A DNA stretch of 32,000 nucleotides from Acetobacter fabarum (lineage in GTDB: Bacteria; Pseudomonadota; Alphaproteobacteria; Acetobacterales; Acetobacteraceae), in assembly GCF_011516925.1 (NCBI RefSeq), contig NZ_WOTG01000004.1, forward strand, positions 58,894 to 90,893, in the 5' to 3' direction. Each line of letters opens with the position of its first letter. Position 1 is the first letter of the stretch. Position numbers and translations under genes: made by a program. The notes under the pieces are model-generated. The model did no database searches. It was not told the origin of the DNA and saw nothing but the letters and a program-made list of their open reading frames with translations. Of the stretch, positions 1 through 9,110 are shown one piece after another.

Positions 1-1
1 T

Positions 2-562
2 TTTGTGGTGGTGCCGGTGGTGGCGCATTACGTGCAGCCCGCTGCCCGCCAGCTTTTTGGCCATGTGCCCGGCCTGTCCGCCCTTGTGGCGGGTGCGCCG
101 TTTGGCACGGGGCTGTTTACGGCAGCACTTATTCTGGCGGTCATGATCACCCCGTCCATTACCGCCGTCATGCGTGATGTGTTCCTGTCCATGCCCGCTG
201 TTCTGCGTGAGAGCGGGTACGGGCTGGGTGCTACCCGGTGGGAGGTCATGCGCCATGTTGTGCTGCCCTGGTCCCGTCAGGGGGTTGTGGGCGGCATTGT
301 GCTGGGCATGGGCCGTGCAATGGGTGAAACCATGGCCGTGACCTTTGTGATCGGGGATAGCAACCACATTGGCTGGTCGCTGTTTGCACCGGCCAACACC
401 ATTGCCTCGCTGATCGCCCTTGAATTCCCCGAAAGCCCGGCAGGGAGCCTCAAGCTGGCTTCCCTCATGGCGCTGGGGGCCATTCTTATGGCCATCTCCT
501 TTGTAACACTCTGGTTCTCCCGCTGGCTGCTGGCCCGTGGCGAACAGGCAGCAGGACATTGA
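2..562 (+). CDS. pstC: phosphate ABC transporter permease PstC, C-terminal part (5' end upstream of window)
   Basis: The frame is open from the window edge to TGA 560-562. The translation has the ABC-permease cytoplasmic loop (GMGRAMGETMAVTFVIG) and several hydrophobic spans. It is followed by pstA-pstB-phoU in canonical order. Confidence 0.9.
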   Translation, partial: FVVVPVVAHYVQPAARQLFGHVPGLSALVAGAPFGTGLFTAALILAVMITPSITAVMRDVFLSMPAVLRESGYGLGATRWEVMRHVVLPWSRQGVVGGIVLGMGRAMGETMAVTFVIGDSNHIGWSLFAPANTIASLIALEFPESPAGSLKLASLMALGAILMAISFVTLWFSRWLLARGEQAAGH

Positions 563-1440
563 GGATGAAGGCGAACAATACCCTCATGCGGGCTGACCGC
601 TCCGCCTCGCTGCTCTGGCGGCGCCACATGTGCGACAAGCTTGCCACGGGCCTGAGCTGGCTGGGCATGCTGATCGTGGTGTTCATGCTCGGCTCCATTT
701 TGTGGACCCTGTTCAAAAATGGCCTGGCGGGCATGAGCGTGCACCTGTTCACCCTGTCCATGGCAGCACCGGGGCAGCCCGGTGGGCTGGCCAACGCCAT
801 TATGGGCAGCATTATCCAGACCGGGCTTGCGATTCTGATCGGTGCGCCAGCAGGGCTGATGACAGGCATCTATCTGGCCGAATACGGGGCTGGCAGCCGC
901 ATGGCGCGCATTGTGCGCTTTGTGTCGGACATGCTGCTCTCTGCCCCTTCCATCCTGATCGGCCTGTTCATTTACATGATGCTGGTTGTCCCGTTCGGGC
1001 ACTTTTCCGGTTTTTCGGGTGCTGTGGCGCTGGCCATTCTGGCCATGCCTATTGTGGTCCGCACGACCGAGGACATGCTGCGCCTTGTGCCTGTTGCCAT
1101 GCGTGAGGCAGGTATTGCGCTGGGCGCGCCCAAATGGCGGGTTATCCTGTTTATCTGTGTGCGGGCCGTGCGTGCGGGTATTATGACCGGCGTGCTGCTG
1201 TCCATCGCCCGCGTTGCGGGGGAGACAGCCCCCCTTCTGTTTACCTCGCTGGGCAATTCCGAATGGTCGCTTGACCTCGGGCGCCCCATGGCCAGCCTGC
1301 CCGTGGCCATCTACCAGTATGCCGGCTCTGCTTATCAGGACTGGATGCAGCAGGCATGGACCGGCGCGCTGCTGGTGACACTGGGTGTGCTTATTATCAA
1401 TATTGTAGTGCGGGTCGGAACCCGCGGAGGACGGTCATGA
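559..1440 (+). CDS. pstA: phosphate ABC transporter permease PstA
   Basis: 293-aa polytopic membrane protein with the permease loop motif ([13 protein letters not shown]). A TTG at 559 overlaps the pstC stop; an alternative ATG lies at 565. Its stop overlaps the pstB ATG (ATGA at 1437-1440). Confidence 0.92.
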   Translation: MRMKANNTLMRADRSASLLWRRHMCDKLATGLSWLGMLIVVFMLGSILWTLFKNGLAGMSVHLFTLSMAAPGQPGGLANAIMGSIIQTGLAILIGAPAGLMTGIYLAEYGAGSRMARIVRFVSDMLLSAPSILIGLFIYMMLVVPFGHFSGFSGAVALAILAMPIVVRTTEDMLRLVPVAMREAGIALGAPKWRVILFICVRAVRAGIMTGVLLSIARVAGETAPLLFTSLGNSEWSLDLGRPMASLPVAIYQYAGSAYQDWMQQAWTGALLVTLGVLIINIVVRVGTRGGRS

Positions 1441-2270
1441 GCGTAGAGGTTCCCGTAAAAGCGACAGGCATGACCCAACCGCTGGACAGCGCCACCACAA
1501 GCAAGGACGCACCGCACCCTGTAGCCATGCAGGTCCGGGGGCTGAACTTTTATTACGGCACGTCCCACGCGCTGCATGACATCTCGCTCGACTTCCCCGA
1601 GCGTAGTGTTACGGGCATGATCGGCCCTTCAGGCTGTGGCAAATCCACCCTGCTGCGTGTGCTCAACCGGATGTACGACCTGTACCCCGGCCAGCGCGCC
1701 ACGGGTGAGGTGATCTTTGATAAGCAGAACATCCTCAATTCCGGGGTGGACCTTAACGTTCTGCGCTCGCGCATTGGCATGGTGTTCCAGAAGCCCACGC
1801 CATTCCCCATGTCCATCTATGACAACATTGCCTTTGGCATCCGCCTGCATGAGCGTGTCTCCCGCTCCGAAATGGACGGACGGGTGGAGGACGCCCTGCG
1901 CCGCGTGGCCCTGTGGCCAGAGGTACAGGACCGGCTGAGCGCTTCGGCCACGGCCCTGTCCGGTGGGCAGCAGCAGCGCCTGTGCATTGCCCGCACCATT
2001 GCCGTACGCCCCGAAGTAATCTTGCTTGACGAGCCAACCAGTGCGCTGGACCCGGTTTCCACCGCTCGGATCGAGGAACTGCTCGACGAGCTTAAAACCG
2101 AGTTCACCATTGCCATTGTCACGCATAACATGCAGCAGGCTGCCCGTTGTGCGGACCAGGTGGCGTTTTTCTACATGGGGCGCCTGATCGAAGTGGACAG
2201 CACCGCCCGTATGTTCACCACCCCGCGTGAACAGCAGACGCAGGACTACATTACAGGCCGCTTCGGCTAA
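1437..2270 (+). CDS. pstB: phosphate ABC transporter ATP-binding protein PstB
   Basis: Walker [13 protein letters not shown] signature LSGGQQQR and Walker [12 protein letters not shown] are present. The ATG at 1437 is coupled to the pstA stop, so the 1356 start in the track looks like an upstream extension. Confidence 0.95.
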   Translation: MSVEVPVKATGMTQPLDSATTSKDAPHPVAMQVRGLNFYYGTSHALHDISLDFPERSVTGMIGPSGCGKSTLLRVLNRMYDLYPGQRATGEVIFDKQNILNSGVDLNVLRSRIGMVFQKPTPFPMSIYDNIAFGIRLHERVSRSEMDGRVEDALRRVALWPEVQDRLSASATALSGGQQQRLCIARTIAVRPEVILLDEPTSALDPVSTARIEELLDELKTEFTIAIVTHNMQQAARCADQVAFFYMGRLIEVDSTARMFTTPREQQTQDYITGRFG

Positions 2271-2301
2271 ACGCCGAGCACAGGGCACGGAGGAAAGCGT
2301 T

Positions 2302-3018
2302 ATGGGCAACGAACCCGCACATACCATTACCCGCTACGATCAGGAGCTGGACCGGCTGCGTGGCATTGTGGCGCGCATGGGTGGCTTGGTGGAGCGGCAG
2401 ACCGCTCAGGCCATAGCCGCCGTGGTGAACCAGAATGAAGAAGCCGCTCTGGAACCCCCGGAGCTGGACCCCGAAGTGGACGCGCTGGAGCGTGAGGCCG
2501 AAATGCTGGCCATTCGCATTCTGGCCCTGCGCGCACCCATGGCGGTGGACCTGCGCGTTATTGTGGCCGTGCTCAAAATGAGCGGCGACCTTGAGCGGAT
2601 CGGGGATTACGCCTCCTCCATTGCGCGCCGTGCGGGCAAGGTGGAAGTGCTGGACGGGGCTGTTTCCTTCAGTGCTCTGCGGGCCATGGCGCGTCTGGTG
2701 CAGGAAAACCTGCACATGGCCGTGGAATCCATGGTCGAGAATGATGCCGAGCGCGCGCAGGAAGTGTGGAAGGCCGATACGGCGGTGGACGAACTGTACA
2801 CCACCATGTTCCGCGAACTGGTGACCTACATGATGGAAGACCCCCGCAAGATCGGGCCGTGCATCCATCTGCTGTTTGTTGCCAAAAACCTTGAGCGGAT
2901 CGGGGACCACGCCACCAATATTGCCGAGCGTGTGTACTATGCGGTTACGGGGGAAATGCTGCCATCCGTTCGCCCACGCGGCGGTGCGGCCCGTACCAAT
3001 GTTGAACAGCCTGAATAA
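2302..3018 (+). CDS. phoU: phosphate signalling complex protein PhoU
   Basis: Two PhoU repeats carry the conserved E/DxxxD-type motifs (LERIGDYASSIA and LERIGDHATNIA). The ATG at 2302 is preceded by GGAGGA, and the gene is the last of the pst operon. Confidence 0.93.
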   Translation: MGNEPAHTITRYDQELDRLRGIVARMGGLVERQTAQAIAAVVNQNEEAALEPPELDPEVDALEREAEMLAIRILALRAPMAVDLRVIVAVLKMSGDLERIGDYASSIARRAGKVEVLDGAVSFSALRAMARLVQENLHMAVESMVENDAERAQEVWKADTAVDELYTTMFRELVTYMMEDPRKIGPCIHLLFVAKNLERIGDHATNIAERVYYAVTGEMLPSVRPRGGAARTNVEQPE

Positions 3019-3129
3019 GCCAGCCCCCGGCAGGGGTGGGCACTAACACCGCAGGGTTTGCCGCAGGATCGGGCATTCTGGCTTTAAAAAGTCAGGGTGC
3101 CCGTTTTTGTTGGCACCACCGCGTGGGCT

Positions 3130-4017
3130 TCAGGCCTGCGGGGTTTTTGGCCCCAGCGCAAAAAACGTATGGTGCAGCCCTTCGGCCAGCCCAATGGGCC
3201 GTACCCCCAGCGTGGTCTGCATGGGGGTAATATCAAAATTCTTGTTTTCCAGCAGGCGGCGGATTTCGTCCGGGCCAATGCGGGGTAGGCCGGGCACGCA
3301 GGCACTTAGCTTGGTAAGGGCCATCAGCAGGCCTGCTGGCACGGGTATGGTCGGGCGTGGCGCAAGCCCTGCGGCTGCACCCACCATGGCGGCAAACTGG
3401 CGGTAGGGCACGGCATCTGCCCCCGCAATAACCAGACTGTGCGGGCCATCCCATGCTTTGTTCAGGGCGGCCAGAATGCAGGCGGTTACATCCCCCTGCC
3501 AGATGGGCTGCACCAGAGCGCGCCCCCCACCGGGCAGGGGCGTAAACGGGAGCAGGCGCAGCACGGCGGCCAGCCGCTGTACGGTGTTCTCGCCCTGTGC
3601 GCCGTAAATCATGGTGGGGTGCAGGATTACGCCTGAGTGGCCAGAGGCCAGCAGGGCCTGCTCCCCCAGCAGCACGCCCTTGCCGTGTGCATCCGGCCAG
3701 CGGGTGAACTTGCGCGTGCTGCCAAGACACACAAGCCTAGCTGTGGCGGGGGCCGTAGCCAGCAGTGCGGGAATATGGCGGGCATGGGCTGTGCAGATAA
3801 TACGCGTTGCATCAGCCAGTGCGGCGCGCAGCGGCCCGGTTGGGCCGCTCAGGTCCGCAATACGGGGGGTGGGCAGGCCGGTGGCGCGGGCGGGGTTGCG
3901 TATAACGGGCACAATGGGTGTGCCCCGCAGGGCCAGTGCCTGACACACCGCCCGCCCCGACCGGCCGGATGCGCCAATAACATGCACGGGGTGCGGGGGT
4001 GTCTGGGGGGAGCGCAT
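3130..4017 (-). CDS. NAD(P)-binding SDR/NmrA-like (atypical epimerase/dehydratase family) oxidoreductase
   Basis: 295 aa with an N-terminal Rossmann glycine motif (VIGASGRSGRAV). Length and layout fit the extended/atypical SDR family. High GC3 in this frame. Substrate unknown. Confidence 0.75.
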   Translation of the reverse strand: MRSPQTPPHPVHVIGASGRSGRAVCQALALRGTPIVPVIRNPARATGLPTPRIADLSGPTGPLRAALADATRIICTAHARHIPALLATAPATARLVCLGSTRKFTRWPDAHGKGVLLGEQALLASGHSGVILHPTMIYGAQGENTVQRLAAVLRLLPFTPLPGGGRALVQPIWQGDVTACILAALNKAWDGPHSLVIAGADAVPYRQFAAMVGAAAGLAPRPTIPVPAGLLMALTKLSACVPGLPRIGPDEIRRLLENKNFDITPMQTTLGVRPIGLAEGLHHTFFALGPKTPQA

Positions 4018-4052
4018 GGTGTGTGCCTGCTGGCTGCTCGGGTTATGCGGCG

Positions 4053-5393
4053 TTAGTGCGCCTGAACGGACAGCCCGATTTTTTGTGCCAGTTCGGGCAT
4101 GGAGGTCAGCTCACCCAGCGAGGCGGCAACCAGCATGAGCGGCATGGGCTGCACGGGCTTGAGGGTGATGCTCAGGGTCTGCTTGCCGGGGTTGGCCAGC
4201 CAGTGGAAGAAGCTGGCAAAGGCGGGGTTCTGCGCCGTGGCGGACTGGGCCTGTACATAGGCCAGCAGGCCTTGCGGTGGCAGGCCGCGGGCTGCGGCAA
4301 TGGCCCCAAGAGCTTTGGGGACCAGCCCGTGATCTATGTAATCGAGCGAGAGCGAGATCACCTGCATGTCCGTATTGCTGTCCACCAGCACGGAGGCGGA
4401 TGTTGCCTGCCCGAGTTCGCCATGAATATGCAGCCGCCCCATATTGGCGGAATCGATGCTGAGGGTTTCCAGATGCAGCGCGCCTGTTTTGGGGGTGTGT
4501 GTGTCATTGAGCACCACATTGCCCACAAAATGGTCATACCCGAGTGAGGGCATCCAGCCCATGTTGGGCACGCTCGGCCAGAGTTCCAGCCCCTGTATGC
4601 TGGAGACTTCCTGCTCCGTGGACTCGGTATGGGTTGCGTGGGACAGCACACGCTTTGCCCGCATGAGTGGGGTGGTGCCATCCATGCTCAGCTGGTCAAT
4701 GGTGATGTCGCGCGTATTGGCATGGGTGGTGTAGGGCGCGCCCGTGGTCAGGGTTTTGTACAGGTCGGCAAGGGCAACGCCATCCACGTTAATGGATTCG
4801 GCCTTTATATGGCGCGGCGGAGCAACATCGGTGGAAAGCTGCACGTTGCGTGCCTGCAGGTGCGATGTTTCGTTCGCGCCAAAATCGTCCATGCTGGCGC
4901 TATCGGCTGAGAGGTCGGATTGCAGGGCGCTGACAAAGCCGTGCAGGCCGGTTGCCTGTGCGTGGCCGATGCTCAGGGTCTGCACACCGGGGGCGGTGGG
5001 GTCCTCGGCCTTGGTGGGCAGGGCCAGATCGTCCATTTCCATGGTTTTCAGGTGCAGGCTGCCTGCGGGGTCTGCAAGCTGGAAGTTACGGAAGCTCAGG
5101 TGGTGAATCCGGGTAACGTCGGAATCCTGCGTGTCGGGCTTGGTCAGTTCCGCCTCATCGGCGGTCATGGTTTCCGGCCCCTGACGGAACACCAGGCCAC
5201 TAAACCGCACGCTGCGGCCCAGCAGGCCGGGCTTGGCCCGCGTGTAGGTGAAGGAGACATCCGGCCCCAGCGCCTGTTTGAACCGCTCGATCCCTTTATC
5301 AACCATCACACGTTCTGCGTGGTGGGCGCCAAACCATGCGATCCCGCCAAGAATGGCAATGCCGGAGACCGTGACAAGAACGTTCTTCTTCAC
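4053..5393 (-). CDS. hypothetical N-terminally membrane-anchored protein (446 aa), function unknown
   Basis: ATG start. N-terminus MKKNVLVTVSGIAILGGIAWFGA is a single TM or signal anchor. The long soluble part has no motif I recognise. Coding-like GC3. It ends 35 nt upstream of the SDR gene on the same strand. Confidence 0.7.
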   Translation of the reverse strand: MKKNVLVTVSGIAILGGIAWFGAHHAERVMVDKGIERFKQALGPDVSFTYTRAKPGLLGRSVRFSGLVFRQGPETMTADEAELTKPDTQDSDVTRIHHLSFRNFQLADPAGSLHLKTMEMDDLALPTKAEDPTAPGVQTLSIGHAQATGLHGFVSALQSDLSADSASMDDFGANETSHLQARNVQLSTDVAPPRHIKAESINVDGVALADLYKTLTTGAPYTTHANTRDITIDQLSMDGTTPLMRAKRVLSHATHTESTEQEVSSIQGLELWPSVPNMGWMPSLGYDHFVGNVVLNDTHTPKTGALHLETLSIDSANMGRLHIHGELGQATSASVLVDSNTDMQVISLSLDYIDHGLVPKALGAIAAARGLPPQGLLAYVQAQSATAQNPAFASFFHWLANPGKQTLSITLKPVQPMPLMLVAASLGELTSMPELAQKIGLSVQAH

Positions 5394-5526
5394 GCGTTGG
5401 AAATCCTGCTGTTTTCACCACAGCCTTCAGCTTTAGTGCATGCGGGGGTGGGGGGCAAGCGGCGCCACGGTAACATGTTACCTAGAGAAAACTGCCTGAA
5501 AATACGGTCATTAACTGCAATACCTC

Positions 5527-5555
5527 TTGACTGCCCGTGCGCCACCCATCATAAC
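5527..5555 (+). promoter_or_regulatory. candidate sigma70-type promoter for rplM-rpsI
   Basis: TTGACT (5527-5532), a 17-nt spacer, then CATAAC (5550-5555), about 40 nt upstream of the rplM ATG. Pattern match only. Confidence 0.35.
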
Positions 5556-5596
5556 GCGCCATCAATACGTAACTGTTCTCATATGGAATCAGTGTC

Positions 5597-6073
5597 ATGA
5601 AGACCACCCTCTCGCTGAAGCCCGCGGAGGTGACGAAGAACTGGATCCTGATCGATGCCGAAGGTCTCGCTCTGGGTCGTCTCGCCGTCATCATCGCCAC
5701 GCGCCTGCGCGGCAAGCACAAGCCTCAGTTCACACCGCATGTTGACTGCGGTGACCACGTTGTTGTCATCAACGCCGAAAAAGTGGCGCTGACCGGCAAC
5801 AAAGCGGACCAGAAGCTCTTTCATTACCACACCGGCTATGCCGGCGGTATCAAGACCCGCACGGTCTCGCAGCGCCTGAACGGCAAGCACCCCGGCCATC
5901 TGGTCGAAAAGGCAGTTGAACGCATGATCACGCGTGGTCCGCTCCAGCGTGAGCAGATGCGCAACCTGCATGTGTATGCTGGCGCTGAACACCCCCACGG
6001 TGGTCAGACCCCCCAGGTGCTTGACGTTGCGGCGCTGAACCGCAAAAACGTCGTTAACGCTCAGAAGGGCTGA
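5597..6073 (+). CDS. rplM: 50S ribosomal protein L13
   Basis: Translation ([47 protein letters not shown]) is unmistakably L13. It is followed 4 nt later by rpsI, the universal rplM-rpsI pair. Confidence 0.97.
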   Translation: MKTTLSLKPAEVTKNWILIDAEGLALGRLAVIIATRLRGKHKPQFTPHVDCGDHVVVINAEKVALTGNKADQKLFHYHTGYAGGIKTRTVSQRLNGKHPGHLVEKAVERMITRGPLQREQMRNLHVYAGAEHPHGGQTPQVLDVAALNRKNVVNAQKG

Positions 6074-6077
6074 GACA

Positions 6078-6566
6078 ATGTCTGAAACTCAGGAACGCAC
6101 AGGCACGCTGGCCGATCTGAAGACCGTTGCACCGGTTCTGGCCGATTCCGCTCCGGTTTACGAAGCAAAGCGTGACGCACAGGGCCGCTCCTACGCCACA
6201 GGCCGCCGTAAGGATGCCGTGGCTCGCGTATGGATCAAGCCGGGTAAAGGTGAAGTCACCGTTAACGGCCGTCCGGTTGTTCAGTATTTCGCACGCCCCG
6301 TGCTGCGCATGCTGCTCACCCAGCCTTTCCTCGTATCCGATCGTTACAACCAGTTTGACGTGGTCTGCACCGTAACCGGTGGCGGTCTGTCCGGTCAGGC
6401 TGGTGCGGTTCGTCACGGTATCAGCCGCGCGCTGACCCACTACGAACCCGAACTGCGCAGCATCCTCAAGGCTGCTGGCTTCCTGACCCGCGATTCGCGT
6501 CAGGTTGAACGTAAAAAGTACGGTCGCGCAAAAGCACGTCGTTCCTTCCAGTTCAGCAAGCGCTGA
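6078..6566 (+). CDS. rpsI: 30S ribosomal protein S9
   Basis: S9 hallmarks are present: [19 protein letters not shown] and the C-terminal [17 protein letters not shown]. Confidence 0.97.
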   Translation: MSETQERTGTLADLKTVAPVLADSAPVYEAKRDAQGRSYATGRRKDAVARVWIKPGKGEVTVNGRPVVQYFARPVLRMLLTQPFLVSDRYNQFDVVCTVTGGGLSGQAGAVRHGISRALTHYEPELRSILKAAGFLTRDSRQVERKKYGRAKARRSFQFSKR

Positions 6567-6600
6567 TCCGGTTCGGACTTCGGTTTTTCGTTCGGCAGAC

Positions 6601-6634
6601 GGGCGGGGGGATTTTGGTCCCCCCGCCCGTTTTG
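6601..6634 (+). terminator. rho-independent terminator of rplM-rpsI
   Basis: A perfect 10-bp GC stem GGGCGGGGGG (6601-6610) / CCCCCCGCCC (6619-6628) with an 8-nt loop, followed by GTTTTGCGTTTG. Confidence 0.8.
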
Positions 6635-6764
6635 CGTTTGGGGTCTGCGGGAGTGGTTGTGCCCTCTACGTGGGCCAGCCGTTGCAGCCTTGGGGCTGGA
6701 CCGGGCTAGGGCGCGTGCCCGGCCCCCGTATGTTTGATGGGGCGGGCGTTACGTGCCCTCTGGC

Positions 6765-8378
6765 TCAGGGAGCCAGAAAGGTGCGAACATCGCGCGCAAG
6801 GGCTGCACGGCTGTCCGGGCGGGTGTAGAGCATGTGCCCACCGGGATAAACATGCAGGCCAATACGGCTGCGGCCCACGGGAATATGCTCCGCCACCCAG
6901 CGGGAGGAAGCATAGGGGCACACCAGATCATACGCGCCGTTGGCAATAAACACCCGCAGGGTGGGGTTAAGGGCCAGCAGGCGGCGCAGGGTGGGAATGG
7001 GGCGTACAATAGGGGCGTTTGTGTCGCGGTAGTCCCATGCCTGGCTTATGGCGTAGTTGAGCAGGTTGTAGCTTAGCTCTGTCTGGTAGCGCAGTTCGGT
7101 GGTGGCATAATGCTCAAAGGCGCTGCCATAGGCGTGGCCAAACCCGTCCAGCGTGGGTTCGGGGCTTTCCCCATTATCCACCCCTTCGGGGAAGGGGTCG
7201 GCAATGGATAATGTGGCGTCATACAGCGAATACAAGCGGCCATCGCGGCTGCGTATGTCGTGTGCCTCTGGCCGGGGCATGCCGCGCTGCTTGGCAATAA
7301 TGTCCTGCTCAATGCCGGTATGGTTGGCAACGGCCTCGTAAAAATCTTCCGCATCATCACCCGTGGGGGGCGTGCCTGCCAGTGTGCTCAGGTATGGCCC
7401 CATGGCGTACTGGTATGCCTTGTCCAGATGCTGGGCGGTGTTTTCAGGGGTCAGCTTGTGCTGGAGAGCCAGATTTGCGGCCTCAAGCGTGGGCAACACA
7501 AAAGCTTCGGCCAGAATGTCGTTTTCCGTATCCAGCAGGGTCATGTCCAGTGCGGGGGAGACCATGATAATGCCGTTGAGCAGAATGTGCTGGTCCTCGG
7601 CCAGCGCATTGGCCACCTCTATGGCCCGCAGGCCGCCATAGCTTTCCCCCGCAAGGTAGCGGGGGGAGGTCAGGCGTTTGTTGGCATTGGCCCAGAGCTG
7701 AATGGCCTTGGCAAAGGTTTTGGCATCCTGCTTGACGCCATAAAACTGCTTGTCCGCCTGTTTGGGGTCGGTCGGGACTGACCAGCCCGTGCCCGGTGCA
7801 TCCAGAAAAACCAGATCGGCAGCCCCCAGCCAGCTTTCGGGGTTGGGTTTGATCTGTGCATTGGCGCCATCGGCCGGGTTGCCTGTGGGAAAATCAAGCA
7901 TGACCGGGCCAGCCGCCCCAAGGTGCAGGTAGGCGGTACCCGCACCGGGACCACCGTTAAAAAAATACACAACCGGCCTGTGTGCAGGGTCCGCCCCATC
8001 GCGCGTGTAGGCGGTATAGAACATGCGCGCTGTGGGTTTGCCGGCATCGTCACGCAGGGTCAGTGTGCCTGCCGTGGCGGTGTAGGTCATTTTTTGCCCG
8101 CCAAAGGTCCCGTTATGGTGGGTGACCGAATCCTTGGGCAGCAGGGCGGCTGCGTCATGGAAGGTATCGGGGGCATCGGGGGTCTGGGCGGGCTGGCCTG
8201 CCTCGGCCCGGGTGGGGGCGGGGGCTGTAGCCGCCAGTGCGGATGTGGTGGACAGGCAAAGGGCAAGGCAGAGGGGCAGACCGGGCCACAGGCCAGCGCG
8301 GGCGCGGGTGGGGTTGTAAGGTGCTGGGCGTGTGGTCACGGCTGTATCTTCCTTTGCAGGCTTTTGCTCGGGAGCCAT
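6765..8378 (-). CDS. secreted serine carboxypeptidase, peptidase family S10
   Basis: S10 motifs are present: FFNGGPGAGTAY, catalytic Ser in LAGESYGG, Asp region NGAYDLVCPY and His in YPGGHMLY. A hydrophobic signal segment is LPLCLALCLSTTSALAATA. The first ATG is at 8378; the track's 8405 start is a TTG, so the start is uncertain. Confidence 0.85.
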   Translation of the reverse strand: MAPEQKPAKEDTAVTTRPAPYNPTRARAGLWPGLPLCLALCLSTTSALAATAPAPTRAEAGQPAQTPDAPDTFHDAAALLPKDSVTHHNGTFGGQKMTYTATAGTLTLRDDAGKPTARMFYTAYTRDGADPAHRPVVYFFNGGPGAGTAYLHLGAAGPVMLDFPTGNPADGANAQIKPNPESWLGAADLVFLDAPGTGWSVPTDPKQADKQFYGVKQDAKTFAKAIQLWANANKRLTSPRYLAGESYGGLRAIEVANALAEDQHILLNGIIMVSPALDMTLLDTENDILAEAFVLPTLEAANLALQHKLTPENTAQHLDKAYQYAMGPYLSTLAGTPPTGDDAEDFYEAVANHTGIEQDIIAKQRGMPRPEAHDIRSRDGRLYSLYDATLSIADPFPEGVDNGESPEPTLDGFGHAYGSAFEHYATTELRYQTELSYNLLNYAISQAWDYRDTNAPIVRPIPTLRRLLALNPTLRVFIANGAYDLVCPYASSRWVAEHIPVGRSRIGLHVYPGGHMLYTRPDSRAALARDVRTFLAP

Positions 8379-8498
8379 GCTGCTTGTGCAAACGTGTTCC
8401 TGCAAGGGTGGGCTGGACTATTTTTTGCCCCAATCCCATGTCTTACACATAACCGATGTTCGCACTGTGAGGGTGTGGAACACAGGAAAGGAATATTT

Positions 8499-9029
8499 AT
8501 GCTCTCTATTCGGAAAATTGCGCTTCTTGGCCTGCCTCTGTTTGCCTTTGCTGGCACGGCATCTGTTGCGCATGCCGATCCGTGCCTGTCCCTGAGTGGC
8601 TGTGTCCAGCAGGGTGTGAACAACCAGGTGGAGTCCGCCAAAAACGCAGGCAACCAGTTTACGTCCAGTGTGCGCGACCAGGCCAAGCAGCGCTGGAACA
8701 GCGCAACCGAAGCCGAGCGTGAAAAACTGCTGGCCAAGGGCGGCGCGCTGACCAGCAAGGGCGCGAATGCTACGGAAAAACTGAACAACGCGGAAAAAAC
8801 CGTTAAAGAACGCTGGAACAACGCCAGCACGACCGAACGGCAGAAAATTCTGGCCCAGCGTGACAAGCTGACCAACGCCACCAATAACGTGACCAATGCG
8901 GAAAAAAATGTGAAGGACCGTTGGAACAACGCGTCCGAAAGCACCAAAAACGCATGGAAAAGCAAAAAAGACCAGCTTAAGTCGGATGTGAACAACGCCA
9001 CCACCCTGCCGTCCATTCCCTCCCTGTAA
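8499..9029 (+). CDS. small secreted Asn/Lys-rich repeat protein (176 aa), unknown function
   Basis: The ATG at 8499 is preceded by AGGAAAGGAA. Signal peptide MLSIRKIALLGLPLFAFAGTASVAHA, then DPCLSLSGC. GC3 is high in this frame. The gene ends 39 nt before a strong terminator. The track's 7923 start is an antisense-overlap artefact. Confidence 0.8.
   Translation: MLSIRKIALLGLPLFAFAGTASVAHADPCLSLSGCVQQGVNNQVESAKNAGNQFTSSVRDQAKQRWNSATEAEREKLLAKGGALTSKGANATEKLNNAEKTVKERWNNASTTERQKILAQRDKLTNATNNVTNAEKNVKDRWNNASESTKNAWKSKKDQLKSDVNNATTLPSIPSL
8667..9002 (+). repeat. three tandem intragenic repeats of about 36-40 codons (core V-K/R-D/E-RWN-N/S-A-S/T)
   Basis: CGC/CGT-TGG-AAC-AAC/AGC-GC starts at 8691, 8811 and 8919 (residues R65, R105, R141). 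The flanking AEK-x-VK-E/D and NAT segments repeat as well. Confidence 0.8.
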
Positions 9030-9067
9030 GGGGAAGGCTGGCTGCGGGCCTAAGCGTATCAGGTCAC

Positions 9068-9105
9068 AAAAAAAGGCTGCTCCCTAACCGGGGGCAGCCT
9101 TTTTT
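9068..9105. terminator. bidirectional rho-independent terminator between convergent genes
   Basis: A7 (9068-9074), then a 10-bp stem GGCTGCTCCC / GGGGCAGCC with one G-U pair (9075-9084 with 9090-9099) and a 5-nt loop, then T6 (9100-9105). Confidence 0.85.
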
Positions 9106-9110
9106 GTAGG

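Noticed and set aside
277-1002. 241-aa minus-strand ORF opposite pstC/pstA, with similar antisense ORFs at 1629-2327, 2251-2910, 20095-21168, 23062-23802, 24327-25235 and 26410-27153
   Set aside because: All lie opposite genes with diagnostic motifs. Their compositions (His/Gln/Arg/Pro/Gly-rich) and lack of stop codons are explained by GC-biased codon usage on the true coding strand.
3096-3117. Hairpin GGTGCC-N10-GGCACC between phoU and the SDR gene as a terminator
   Set aside because: The stem is only 6 bp with a 10-nt loop and no flanking U/A-tract outside the loop. That is too weak to call.
7923-8498. Upstream 192 codons of the 368-aa ORF containing the repeat protein
   Set aside because: This part overlaps the S10 peptidase gene in antisense and translates to Gly/Cys/Arg-rich nonsense. 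A good RBS, an ATG and a signal peptide occur at 8499.
8336-9016. 226-aa minus-strand ORF with its own repeats (ALFQRS-x-T-x-FSAL), mirror of the repeat protein gene
   Set aside because: Its repeats are simply the reverse complement of the plus-strand repeats. The plus frame has the RBS, the signal peptide, GC3 bias and a downstream terminator. The minus ORF would start just inside the terminator-proximal end and run into the peptidase 5' region.
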